Shown: piece after piece, positions 51,801-63,907 of the stretch
Position numbering within the stretch: position 1 is the stretch's first letter
Layout: every line of letters begins with the position of its first letter
DNA from: Nageia nagi
Lineage: Eukaryota > Plantae > Pinophyta
Direction of reading: 5' to 3'
DNA: 64,000 nt
Assembly (NCBI GenBank): GCA_050084985.1
Contig: JBITNC010000001.1
Coordinates: forward strand, 174,902,001-174,966,000
Translations under genes and position numbers: made by a program
The notes under the pieces: generated by a model
The model's database searches: none
What the model was told of the DNA's origin: nothing
The model's input: the letters and a program-made list of their open reading frames with translations, nothing else

Positions 51801-52217
51801 ATCCAACAAAGTAATTGAATCCCTAACATTTCCCGATGGTCTAGATTCATACGTTGGGGTCCTGGTTGGCTCTTCCCCTCCAATGTTGGATTTCCTCCAT
51901 GCCACCACTCCATACCCCAAGAGATCTTGATACAATTGAAAAGTGATGTCTCTTTGGAACTCCTTGATGGTTCCACAGTAGATCTGGAGCAAAATTTCAA
52001 TCTTTGGCACAATCTTGTGTGGAGGAACAGCTCTGGGCTCCCATGTTTGCCCTCTCTTCTTGGACATCTTCTCCTCATGCTGTTCGCCCAAAAACCACAA
52101 GAGTCTCTCCCTTTTCTTCAAAGGGATCTTGTTATCTTCGAATTTCTGAAGGAGTTGGCAAAAAACCACCCTTCCGAATTCTGATTTCTTCGCTTTGGCT
52201 GTAGACTTGGCTTCCAT
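48833..52217 (-). pseudogene. Chromovirus pol with short N-terminal leader; several in-frame stops
   Basis: ORFs 51183-52253, 50934-51116, 50724-50915, 50250-50723, 49935-50210, 49277-49672, 48833-49135. Confidence 0.92.
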
Positions 52218-52253
52218 TTCCTCAGGTGGCAAGATCTTCAGCACTAACACCAC

Positions 52254-53447
52254 TGTAGAATCCCAAAAACAAATTCAAGTGCAACTAAATTAAAACACAT
52301 AACTATGCACCAATGTTTGACCTAGGGCATCCAGATAAAGCTCAAGTAATGCAATAATGCCAACGTCTAGCCTAGAATAGCAGATACAAGTATTCAACAC
52401 CTCACAATGCCAACTTATGGCTCATACAATCATGCACATGCAAAAGTAATCCAATGATGCTAATACACAAGTATGCACAACCCAATAATGAGATCCAATA
52501 GCCCACATATTGTATTAATGATACAAAATGGACAATGATACAATATTAGGCTCACAGGGCGCAATGTTGGCCTCTAAGGAGCCAACTAGGGCACAACGAA
52601 TATGATCAATGCTGGACGGATGAAACATTGCATGGGATAGCCTTACTCCATCAGAATTTGAATCCTCTCCATCGAAGGAGCTCTCTCCAAACCTTGGCGA
52701 CCAACTGGATGGTAGGAATGTGACCTCGGAATGCCATCAGATGACTAAGGTGCTACACCTCAGTTGTAGATCAACAGGAGTCCTCAGCCTGTTAACCCTC
52801 CTAGATGCTGCACCTAGGGATGTGCTTGATGCTACGCCAAGACTCTTGTCCATTGGACGTTATGAGTAGTAATAATAAATCTGTATATCCAACAATAATG
52901 CTCCAAGGCCTAACATAGCTCGCACGGGTCTGGATCTCACCTCAAAACCATTACCTAGCCCCTCAAACCCCAATGATGGCACCTAGGGGTCATTCTAGGC
53001 CCAATGTGGGTATCTGGGCCTCACTTATGCTACATGTGGGTCCTCAAGCTCAACATGGGCTTAAGAGGTCATGCGTGGGCACCTAATAGGCATGCGTGGG
53101 TGTCATGGGCCAACGTGGGGGTCTAGGAGTCTCCTCAAGGTTGGCGCATGTGTACAAGGGCTCCCAATCTCAACGTTGTGGCCATTACATGACTATCCAT
53201 GCTCTAAGCGCTAAATAAGCCTTGGGATTCCCATAATCACATTTCGGGATCTCCAAGTACATTAAATCACACTAAACTACACTTGGAAGGGAGACGTCCC
53301 ACTGGGGGCTCACAGTGGGGTCCAGTGGCCCATTATGTCTTCTATCCCAAGTACTAACTAATAGAGCACAATTAAATAATTAATTATACAAAGGGGGAAT
53401 CCGTTGGATTCCAGAATTAATTACAATTATTTAAGGGGGACGTCACA
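52254..53447 (-). repeat. 5' LTR of nested chromovirus (1194 bp)
   Basis: TGTAGAATCCC...GACGTCACA on +; matches 46420-46830 plus 48002-48800. Confidence 0.92.
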
Positions 53448-54674
53448 TGTTTGGTAAAGCATGGGTACATGTCTTCAAGAAACCTGAATATCTCACCCTT
53501 CTGGGGGATGAATACAAAGAAGAAGATGGAGGCAAGGAGCTAGACATGTTGTGTGATGGTTCTTCCAAGGAAGTGTGGGAAGAGGACAATGCTGATAATG
53601 AACCTGATCATGAGCCGATTTCGCAACAAGAGCATGCAAACGACTATCAACCCTTAAATGACCCATGGTTTGAGATGGATGCCACATTAAGCAGTGAGGA
53701 CCCACTCTTTGAGCTTTCTGCTGTAGGAGAGCGAAGTGCTACATGCGAATGGAGACATGGTGGAAGCAGAGCGGGCATTTTCAATGGAATTGTTTCCAGA
53801 ATTGGGATTTAAAGAGCTCGAAGATGCCTTGCTTGGTGAGATGCTTGATGACTCATGCTCCGATGATTGACTAAGTCAAACTCGATTGGAAGGAAGCAAC
53901 AGTGACAATGAACCACATCAAGAGTTGAACCCATAATAGGAGCCAAGCCATGCATACTATGGAGAGGATTACATATGCTAGGCTGTAGTGTGACTTGTTG
54001 ACGAGGGTATCATCCATGGTGAAGATCGGGACCCAATAAGATCAAAACCTCTCATGGATGAACCTCTTGGCTTGGAGTTTGATGATATAGAAGACTCCTT
54101 GTTTATTCAAGCATGAGAACTATCACATCAAGATATAAGGGATGCTCTTACCAGTGATAGTTATTCCTTGACCTATGTGGATGAAACAAAGGAGATGAAA
54201 ACTGAACTGGTGGTGAGACAATCTGAACTAGTAATAGAACCTAAGCTTGACTCCAAGTGGTACCAAACTTATATGCCTACGATCCTCACATCCAAGTGCT
54301 CATACTTTCCATATTTTGGCAATAAGAAGGTTGTAGATGGTGAGAGTCGAGGTCAAATTGTGGTCACTAATGAAATCAATATACTTGCACGAAAGAAGAC
54401 AGATGGCATCTTGTGTGGCGAGGTGGCTATCGATGGAAATCCTTTGCTCTTATCTTCCGAAAGCTCATATCAATTTTTGAGAATGATTTTTGTAAAGATG
54501 AATTCCTCATATGCACACATTGTATTCTCGTTGGCATCTATAAGATTCTTGTTACAATTCCCCATCTATCCGAGAAGCCTATTACATGCAGATGAAAATA
54601 CACTCTCTATTCATTTAGGTGAGGATCAAAACAAGATCTTTGACCCTGGAATAAAAGAGATCTTTGGATGGTAG
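53448..54674 (+). pseudogene. Internal ORF of the large element, 3' part (acidic, ends ...IFDPGIKEIFGW)
   Basis: Resumes after the TSD with FGKAW (end of the second retropepsin-like repeat); ORF pieces 53447-53812 and 54168-54674. Confidence 0.55.
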
Positions 54675-55030
54675 TTTAGTGTACAAAGTAGATTAGTGTA
54701 GAGAGAAAAAAGAGAGAGAACATTGAAGCCTATCCATTGGGACCCATCTTGAGAGCGACTAAGCTTAGGGACTAGTTCTCCTTTTATCTAGAGATTATAG
54801 TTGGAACAGATACTCTTGATGACCACAATGTCCCCGGACCTGGACTATAACACAGGTGTCCCGATGGTCATTCGAATGACTAGTAAGAGTTCACTCATTA
54901 TAATGAAACCGACAATGCAGCTGTGAGTGACATGTTGACGAAGGCTCACACCTTAAGGACGATACATGTCGTTATGTATCCAAACTTTTATTTTCTAACT
55001 TTGTTTTATTTTGTTTTTTGTTTTAGCTAT

Positions 55031-58000
55031 TGTTGTGGCTTCCACAACACGCCCCAAATTGTTAGCAAATTTGGGGACATTCAAATTTTGGCAATCAGGA
55101 GTCACCCAACAAAGTGACCAAGTTGGTGTTGTGTTGAGACTAGGAGGCGTTGGAAACTAGAATTGGCGGAAAATGATCAACATTGGACTTCTGGCAGTAT
55201 GGATCAAGATTGTGACTAAGGCATGACTGAGCACATGTCTGTGAAGAGACAACACCCATGTCCCCTCCTAGATGTGTGCCGGTCTTCCAAAGGGTCTAGA
55301 TGTCCATTTCAAGTAGCAAAAAGCAAATTTGGATAAATTTGGAATGCCTCTTGCCTTGGCCCAATTCGGTAGGAAGACAAACTTCTTGTCTCATTCGGGA
55401 TATGCGCTCAACCCAGGCGTGATTCCTTGGCGCAAGTGGGGCCTAAGACACCTCTCATGACTTAGCTCGGACTTGCGCCAGCTTCACAGGGGTTCTGAAA
55501 GACAATTTTGAACAACAACAATGAAATTCGATAAAGTTTGGAGCATGTCTTCCTTGGATGCATGTCTGGATAGAGACAACTTTCATGTCTCTTGGAGCAC
55601 TTGCACCGAACTCAAGAGCACTTTTCGAGTGCATATTTAAGGCAAGACACTAGTTTTGTTTTCCCTTGGACTTGCGTTGGGTATTCCTGGCCCATATCCT
55701 GACACAGATGGACATCATGACCCTTGGAGGACTTGTGCCATGTATGTCCATCTCCAGCACAAGTGCACACCAAGATAGAGGTGGTGACCTCTCTCGGATC
55801 TGCGCCAGCTTTCTAGGAGCATTAAGGGAGTATTTCGAGCAACTAGAGACGAAATTGGCTAATTGTTAAGCATCCTCACTTTGGGCGCATGTCGGGAAGA
55901 GGACAACTTCTATGATCCCCTTCAAATCTGCGTTGGACTCACCCCTCATTCCTGGTCCAAATGCAATAGGAGACGACATGCTTGTCTCCTCCCATACATG
56001 CGTTGGCCTTGTGTCTCCGCACCCTAGCGCAAATCCGGACCAAGACACCCCCTTGACTCCTAGAACACTTATGCCAGCCTCCCAGGAGCCAATTGATCTC
56101 GAATGCAGTGCCAGAATGCCTAGAAAACCACAACCATCTCTAAAGGCACACATCCCTAGGCACTTGAAGGTGTTGCCCTAGAAAAACCCTCGAAATATCT
56201 ATAAAAGGGGCCAAACCAGCCTTCATCTTTGCACGACAACATTGCTCTCTCCTTGTGAACTCATCTGAGCATTGAAACTAAGACCCTTGGAAACTTTTTG
56301 AAAGACAAGCCAAGGAATTCCTCATCTCCGTTTGCTAAGATACCCGATTCCACGTCCAATGGCAGAGATGAATTATAAAACACAAGGGGAAGAGGTCAAG
56401 TTGAAGGGGGCAGTGACCATTGATAAGGCCTCACCAAAGACAAAGCTCACCTTTGATCTCATAGCTTCAATGAGGGCACTGCATGAGAATCCCAACCAAA
56501 CAGTGAAGGATGAGTTCATAGAGACTCACCATGTGAGTCTATTCATCTTCAAGGTCAACAACACGCTGTCTGTGACCAGAGTCTTCCTAAACAAGGACCC
56601 GAAGAAATCCTAAGACGTGGAGGCTCAGACATTGAAGATTGAAATCGGCAAGATTAAGACCATTGGAGCAAAGCGGATTAGGGACATCGTCAAGATGGCC
56701 AAGAAATAGGAAGATAGGCCTTGAAGAGGAGATCATACTCCTTAAGCCACACCATCCAGAGGAAGAGGAGACCACTCAGGGACAAGCATTATTGGAACTA
56801 GCAGGTGGGGATGACTCTAAGGCAGGTACCACGGATGGAGAAATAGCGGATGGACTCATGAATGCCATTTGACGGAAGTCGTTGCATCCTACATGCAATA
56901 TTTTACTTTTTATTTTATTTTTGTATAATTTAGTATTTTGGACGAATGAGGATTTTCTCCCACAAGTGCTAGACTTAATCTGGTGGTGCTACATGGCACA
57001 TTTTTGATTGGATCGACAATATTTTAATAATTTTATATTAGTTAGGGTTAGGGAAACACTTAAGGTTGCCTTGCAAACTTATAAATAACCCTAGAGGGCT
57101 CATTTGTGCGAGAGAGGAATTTTTGAGAATGGAACTCTGAACACTTTGCAACTAGACGAGTAGAGTAATTCTTTCTATGTTATACTTGTCTATTATGAAT
57201 GTGGCATGATCTTTGAAATGAAAATTGTACAACTCCATTTTATGGTGTTATGAACTTGGGCATGTGATGTTGGTCATTGATGTGTGTTGCTTGAGATACT
57301 TGAAACATTTCACAAACTCCTTGAGGGGTGGGTGAAAGAGTAGTTGAATATCTTTCAAAGTGTTGAATCTGATGTATAGTTGATGATTGTTCAAAATATG
57401 CAGCTAGGCTTGTATAACCTTGTAAGTGGGTTCCTTTATGACGTTTAGCGTGTGAACTTCATCCACATTGAAAGTGTTATCCTTGTTCCCTTAGACACAT
57501 GCTCCTTGCAGTAGACCATTCGTGTGGTTAGCTATTGCAAGTGGATGAATCCTTCTTCTAGACTGTTCGTGTAGTCTGGCTAGAATGAAAGGATGTGTGG
57601 ATGCATGGAACTCATAAGAAACCTGAAGGAACTTGGCCTTTAGACATTGTACCTGTTGGTGGAGTCTGATGCAAAGAGCTGAACTCATATGCCTTTAGCC
57701 ATTTTCAATCTCCCCTCCTGTTTTTCTTTTATTTTACACTTTTTTCCATGGCTTTTGCACCCCCAATTTTATTTACCTTGTTTGAGAAACAACCCTTACC
57801 CAGATGCAAAGACAATCTGAGTCCTTGATTAACAAATTTTATTTGAGTTGATGTCAGCTTCAAACATCTCAACCAGTCTCCTGAGTCAATTCTTGCACAT
57901 CCATTTCACGAGACCTTTAAGGTAACCTGTCCTCATAGCAGGTATGGGTAACGCCCTTCCACCTAGGTGTTGGTTCCTTTGATAAGCCTTGCAATCCAAT

Positions 58001-58039
58001 TTGTCTATTCGCAGGGTAGGAAAGAAAAACGGCCAAACA
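55031..58039 (+). repeat. 3' LTR (3.0 kb)
   Basis: Direct repeat of 41639-44701; followed by TSD GGTCC. Confidence 0.93.
56359..56872 (+). pseudogene. LTR-encoded ORF, copy 2 (one stop, 14-bp deletion)
   Basis: MAEMNYKTQGEEVKLKGAV...KDPKKS*DVE... frameshift ...RKIGLEEEIILLKP...GLMNAI*. Confidence 0.7.
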
Positions 58040-58401
58040 GGTCCTTTTCTGTAGGTGAAATTAATTGTCAACTTGTGCCTTCACTTTTTGTGAGTTTTCG
58101 AGTTGTTTCCAGTTTGGAGACTTTTTCTAGTGGAATTGAAATGTGGATAACTTAAATAAGAGTATTTTAAATTTGTATTTATGCTAAAATTTTATAGTTT
58201 TTCCAATCTGCGGTGTTGCAAATAGTGACTTTGAAGCAATATGTTTTGCATTTCCATATCATTCTCAACTTCTTAATAAATTTATCTTCATTTATGCTAT
58301 ATAGTAAAGGTACACTATTTCAATTGCAAACAAAATAGCTGGTGAAACATATATTTAGTAGCATTATTCATATGTTCCAATTTTCTTTCTTTGCTTTGCA
58401 G

Positions 58402-58511
58402 CATTAGAGCATTGTGTGGATTAGATACAGAAAAAAATTGTGTCCATGGGTCTGATTCTCAACAATCAGCTAATAGGGAAATTGGTTTTTTCTTTGGGGA
58501 CTGTAACTCAG
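58402..58511 (+). CDS. NDPK5: NDPK5-like exon 4 (catalytic His)
   Basis: SIRALCGLDTEKNCVHGSDSQQSANREIGFFF contains the NDK active-site signature N-x-x-H-G-S-D; polypyrimidine tract + CAG acceptor, GT donor. Confidence 0.95.
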
Positions 58512-58852
58512 GTGAATGTTTCTCTTCCACATCAACACTTAAATGTTTTGAAGTATTTGTTAGTGCCAAATACCGTAAATTTGATTTGGTTTATGTCTTG
58601 TTAAGGATCTGATTAGAGTGTAATGTGCCATCCAAACACCCAAAAATCCATGCAAAATTTATCTTGAAATCTCAATTATCATAGATGGAGTGTGAAGGTT
58701 GACATTATTATCTGCAGGAGACTCACATCACAGACGTGACTTACACACATTGCATTTTAGCCCTCATCAAATGTTCTATTTGGTGAAGTGCAAGTGGCAG
58801 TGTACTTGCAAAACTTTAGGCTGCGAGTTCACATACTTCTATCTCATTTTAG

Positions 58853-59315
58853 CATAGTTGCATGGAGATGGATATAGTATTGAATACAGTTATGACAAAT
58901 TTTCAAAACCCCTCGATATGAATATGAAATATTTTTAAAATCCCTTGATATGGATTTGGCATATTTTCAAACCCCTTGATATGGACACGTCTGAAAAAAC
59001 ACATATACTTTGTCTATTGGAGAACTTATAGAACATAACAAATATTTTTACATGTATAAGCTGAAAAGAAGACATTTTATTAATTAAAAGGAGTAATACA
59101 GATTTTCTTAGGTTTGTCTATTGTTGTTTAGTGTGTTACTTGATTTTCTATTTATAAGATGCACTTTTTTTAAAAATTTTCTAATATGTTGTTGATGATA
59201 TGGCCTGGATATGAGCACATATGGGTATGTCTGGATATGGTATCCAGGCCGTATCCATGGAATATCTCATCATTATGTGTGTCTGATATGTGGATACAAG
59301 TATCCAAGCAAGGGG
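58853..59315. mobile_element. MITE-like remnant with GATATGGA subterminal repeats
   Basis: Repeated GATATGG/GTATCC motifs; imperfect inverted ends TTGCATGGAGA / TATCCAAGCAA. Confidence 0.4.
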
Positions 59316-59414
59316 GATGGAGTATTTTGTAATTATGCATTTCAGTCTTGTTATAATTGGTGTTGAGGTCCAACAACCTTAGCCGTACCAGATTATGGTT
59401 TTTTAAGGAAGTAT

Positions 59415-59693
59415 CATAGTTGTGAAACTTGAACTTGACCAATAGTCTTCAAGGTTGAAATTTTTTAAAAGCTTAGACTCAAGAAAATCGTGGGAAAGAA
59501 GAAAACAAAAAAAGAAAAGAAAGCACAATAAGTTCTTAAAAACTTGGCAAGAACTCATCGATTCAGGAGGTTTTGAAAAATTTACCAAAAACTTGACGAA
59601 ACCTAGGAATATTCCTGAATGTGCATCTTCACGCTACTATTTGGCTAATGCAACGTGGCTAGTACTCAGTAGACTTGCAATTTCATAACTGCG
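59415..59693. mobile_element. hAT-type MITE
   Basis: TIRs CATAGTTGTGAAA / TTTCATAACTGCG; 8-bp TSD GGAAGTAT / GGATGTAT. Confidence 0.7.
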
Positions 59694-60215
59694 GGATGTA
59701 TTAACAGGTCTCACTTACTGTGACATGGTCTTAATTCCTAATAGTCAATAATCTATTCTTTCTTATAGCTAATTATATTTTCAATGTTAGAACACAATTG
59801 AATGGTAACCAAACCAATGATTGGTAATGACATTGATCATATAATGATTGTAGAAGAACTTGAAACCATCATATAATCATCACGAAAGTAAAACTTTCTT
59901 TATGAGCTATTGCAACTACCTACACAATTCAGATACTAACACACAGCAGTTCATCATTGTTTGATTTCTGCTCAATTGAGTTCAAAATATTATATTAGAT
60001 CGAGATGTAATTAATAGATGACAGTTTATTATAATTAATGGTCAATTGTTTTGGGTTAGCTCGTATTTGTATTGGCAGTTGATGCTATCTTCTTTGTATT
60101 TACGTTTGATCCAAGTGTTAATAATGATTACACATTATTATTTCCTGTTCTGATAACAATGTTTGATTAAGCCAAACAAGGAAATGAATCAAACAACCTA
60201 TGAATGTATTATAAC

Positions 60216-60427
60216 CAGTGGTTTCAAAAAAATGCATGTTTAAACACGTAGTTGCGTTTAAACACGTTTTTTTAAACTTACATTTGTTTTCTTAAAAACA
60301 TGATTTTTTAAAAACCTATAAAAAAAGTATGTACCACATTTTTTTCATGTTTTTCTTATACATTTGCTGTTTTCTAAAATTTGTCCCCAAAGACGTTTAT
60401 ACTCGGTACACATTTTTTCAAACATTG
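60216..60427. mobile_element. hAT-type MITE
   Basis: Termini CAGTGGTTT / AAACATTG; 8-bp TSD ATTATAAC / ATTATAAA. Confidence 0.7.
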
Positions 60428-63006
60428 ATTATAAATTATCATCCATCTAGTTACTATCATAATGCCTAGTCTGCCTTCTTACACTAAACTGTTCATCCAT
60501 CAAGGTAATTCAAAGTCAGGGTACAATTGTAACTAAAGTGCGTAAGTTATTTGAAAAGGATCATCTACCAATAGGAACTCAATCATCAATCACCAAGTTC
60601 CTCTATGATTAATGTCTTGCCTTAGATTAATGTCCTTAATTACTCTGCGATTATGTCTAGCCTTCCTCTATGAGGCTGTTGATATTATCTATATTGAAGA
60701 GAAAAACAAGCCAACTAAGGTGCAGTCCATTGATATCCCAGGTTTCTTTCACTGTCATATTCAGAACCATACAAAATGAAACCAAAAATCAAATCTATAA
60801 ATTCAATGAAATGGTAATTAAGGGGATGATTTACAGTTTTGTACAAGATATTATGAAGGTTTCTGTTCAATTGAATATGACTATTAAAAGTTAAAACAAC
60901 AATCCTTGTTTTGAATGCACTGGCAGTCATGAAAAGATCACCGACTGGTTTAAGAAGTGGTTATGTTGTCACATTTTCTTTATTTCCTGAGATAACAGTG
61001 CCACTTGTGAAGGTGAAGCCCAAGTACAGTCCCATCAACATCACAGTTCTGTTCATGTATCTACAGTTTAAAGAAGATAAATACAATTCCATAAAGCTCT
61101 ACAAAAGTATATGTTTGATGTTGTTCAAGAGGCTTAGATATCATATTATGTACCCACTTCGATCACATACTAGTACAATGACATCCAACTACTGAAGCAA
61201 CATAGTACCATAAACCTGGTTATGTATCAAACTATCGAGACAGTATGTTCAAGAATCATAGTAATGCCAAATACAATAAACAAACTGTTTCCCTGTGTAT
61301 TCAATCTCATGAAAGAAGTGCACAAGCCTTTACAAGATAATCTAATGATTTACTGAAGAACAGGAATTAATATACTGAATTGTGCTTTTCATGTTTAATA
61401 TACTGATTTCTTTGTTGTCAGAGCACTTGGAAGATGACACTTCTATGGCCAAGAAAAAAATGACGACGAAAGGACAAACTTCTCATTTTGTCAGGAATTG
61501 AAAATTGATTAAGAAAAGGGTGCAAGGAGTAATAAAGCGATTTAAGAGTGATAATGAAGACCAAGATTAATTCCCTCCAAAGGATAGTTTTGAACTTGAG
61601 GAATGAATCTTGATTGGCAATGCACATCAAAATGCTATGACTGAATATCTGCTACGTAGTTTGTTTTGCATTTTTACACCTTACGCTAACTAAGATATCA
61701 TTTCATAGCATCACAAATCCAAAGATTTGTTTACATATTAGATGCAGGAAAGTAGATGGTTATCACATCCTAAACAATCCGAATTCTAACTAAGATACCC
61801 ATTTCATGTGGAACACCTCATATGGAAGACAACAAGGAGGTTTCTTATTCTTATGAAATATCCTTTTTTTTTCAGAATATGGGATCCATAGCTGGAGTCT
61901 AAAAGGTTTAAATCTTATGGGATGGCTCTATCTACAATTGAAATAATCCTATCCACAATCTTATTGTTGTGATTATAAACCCTCACAATTGAGTCGCTGT
62001 TAATAAGGATATAGAAGATATTGTACTCATAAGAATCCTTCTGAGACATGTCATAGAGTCTTCTATAGATAGAGTGAGTGGCCAACAACGTCTGTTTTTC
62101 AGGTAGAATCAATTGTGGGTGTGAGTGAGAAGTTTCATGTTAAGTCCGAAGTCCATTAAAACAGTACACATAACTGTCAAGAAATTATATCAACTTTTTA
62201 CTAGCGATTTCATGCTGTAGATTTAATACAAAACAGTTCTTTAGCCTGGACAATGACTATCTAATTGTTCCATGCAAAAATAACATGTATAATGTATATA
62301 CAAGGATAAGTTCTGACTAGGAATAGTCTATCATTATTCACTTTTAATGCAGTGAACCTAAGAATTAGGTTTATCAATTTCATAATAATTTTCTCATGAA
62401 ACACAGAAATGAATAATTGGCTGTTACAACCTAGGATAAACACTTTTCTCTCATGCTTTTTATTTAGCATTATTGGAATTGCTGTCTGGGAGGAATAGTC
62501 CAAATACCCCAAGTAGGATTTTATTTTAGTGCTGTTTTCTTCAACAGCAGTTGACTTCTTTTGCAAGCTCAACATACAATTCTGGCCCATATCCGCTCAT
62601 AGTAACAGACTATAGTAATGAGAAATATCCTGCCAACAGATTGGTGGTATTTGATGGCAAGCAAATCCAGTGATATATAGTATATACAATGCCTAATAAA
62701 GTTCTGCTACACATAATGTCAATAATAGAGTTCCGTAATGTTAATGCAATAGATCAATCAGTACAGAAGTACATTTCACAAGATGCAGTTATTATTTACT
62801 TATTGTCAATTTCATAATGTTTATATGCATACACTATCATTTATAGAACTAGTCCCAATTTCATGATATGATGCTATATTAGTTTAAAGAGGAATTGTTT
62901 TGTTCCCATGAAGCATGTCACGTAATTGTTTTTCTTCTTGGTGTCCTTTGCTTACCTATCATTTTGAGGAATAATATTCCAATCTGCTGTCTCATTATAA
63001 CCAGAA

Positions 63007-63200
63007 TTAACAATATCCTATGAAAAAAGTCCTCATTTTGATACTCCAATAATCATAATCTAGCCCATTAAGTTCAGGAATATGGAGAGACTTGCTGTTG
63101 TTGGCCATGAAACCCAAATAATCAGGTGAAGTCTTCTTGTAGAGAGATTTTCTGTTGTTGGTATAGTTGTCTTCTAAAATAATACCATACACTCACACCT
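63007..63200 (-). pseudogene. Copia gag N-terminal fragment
   Basis: MANNSKSLHIPELNGLDYDYWSIKMRTFFIG, the typical copia gag start (P.L.G..Y..W..KM). Confidence 0.7.
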
Positions 63201-63907
63201 TCACTTAGCAGCAACATGAACATCAAGGTTTTTGACACAAGTTACAACATAGAGCATCCATGGCTATCTTCTATTGACTTCTACTCCAAATGAAAAGAAC
63301 AAGCTCTCTCTAAAAAATCTAGCCCACTTTTACTTAAATCACAATGAGACACCCTTATTTTTTGCGGCTGGGATGACTCTTGAGCCTACCTCAAGTCACA
63401 ACTGCTACCTGACTGTTAGAACAAAGAGAATATAGGACACAGCCCACCAAACAACTGTCTACGACAGTTGTGTTTGGTTTAAGAGGTTTTTGTCATATGA
63501 AACTGATCAGCATTTGCCCCTTTTCTTGACATGATCCCCTTGCCATTTTATTCTCAATTGAAAAAGCCACAGTTTGGATATATCACACCATGTATTGAAT
63601 TAGTTAGAGGTGAGAAATCAGGTTCGACACTTGTGCAAGGTAGAACAGAGAGAAGGAAGGACTTGAAACTTGTTTTCTTCATCAACATCACCATTACAGC
63701 AAAGACCTATGTGTACCCTTTTCACTGAACCTACCTACGTTAACTCTTGCATTGAATTTGGAGTGGGGGCTGTTAAGTTTGCCTCGCCATTGTTCTGTTT
63801 TTTGTCTTTTCTTTATTGTTTCTTGGTTTTGTTTTTCTTTCTATTTTTTCTTTCCCCCCCTTTCTTTTTGTAATTGATCTTTTAGTTATATTTTCTGTTT
63901 ATTTCAG

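Larger units (their letters stand above)
46420..53447 (-). mobile_element. Ty3/gypsy chromovirus (RT-RH-INT-chromodomain) lacking recognisable gag/protease, nested
   Basis: LTRs 52254-53447 and 46420-48800 (the latter interrupted); perfect TSD TGTTT; degenerate Met-i PBS 52241-52252; PPT 48801-48815; RT ([21 protein letters not shown]), RH (CDAS, DKEMLAI), INT, chromodomain (QEYLIKWK...STWE). Confidence 0.93.
41639..58039 (+). mobile_element. Large LTR retroelement with 3-kb LTRs and no own RT/INT (LARD-like, Ty3/gypsy related), carrying a nested chromovirus
   Basis: TG...CA LTRs 41639-44701 and 55031-58039; perfect TSD GGTCC (41634-41638, 58040-58044); PBS at 44707. Confidence 0.92.

Noticed and set aside
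58718-58857. Alternative last NDPK exon (GDSHHRRDL...)
   Set aside because: In phase but has a weak pyrimidine tract and gives a long unrelated tail that runs into a MITE. Not excluded, but less convincing than 63908-63939.
61876-61905. Possible micro-exon after a T-rich acceptor (EYGIHSWSLK)
   Set aside because: No similarity to NDPK C-termini and no other support.
60500-62900. Hidden antisense gene or retrocopy in intron 4 (ORFs 60911-61195, 61915-62112, 62261-62590)
   Set aside because: No recognisable motifs or consistent exon structure in the frames I read; a translated search would be needed.
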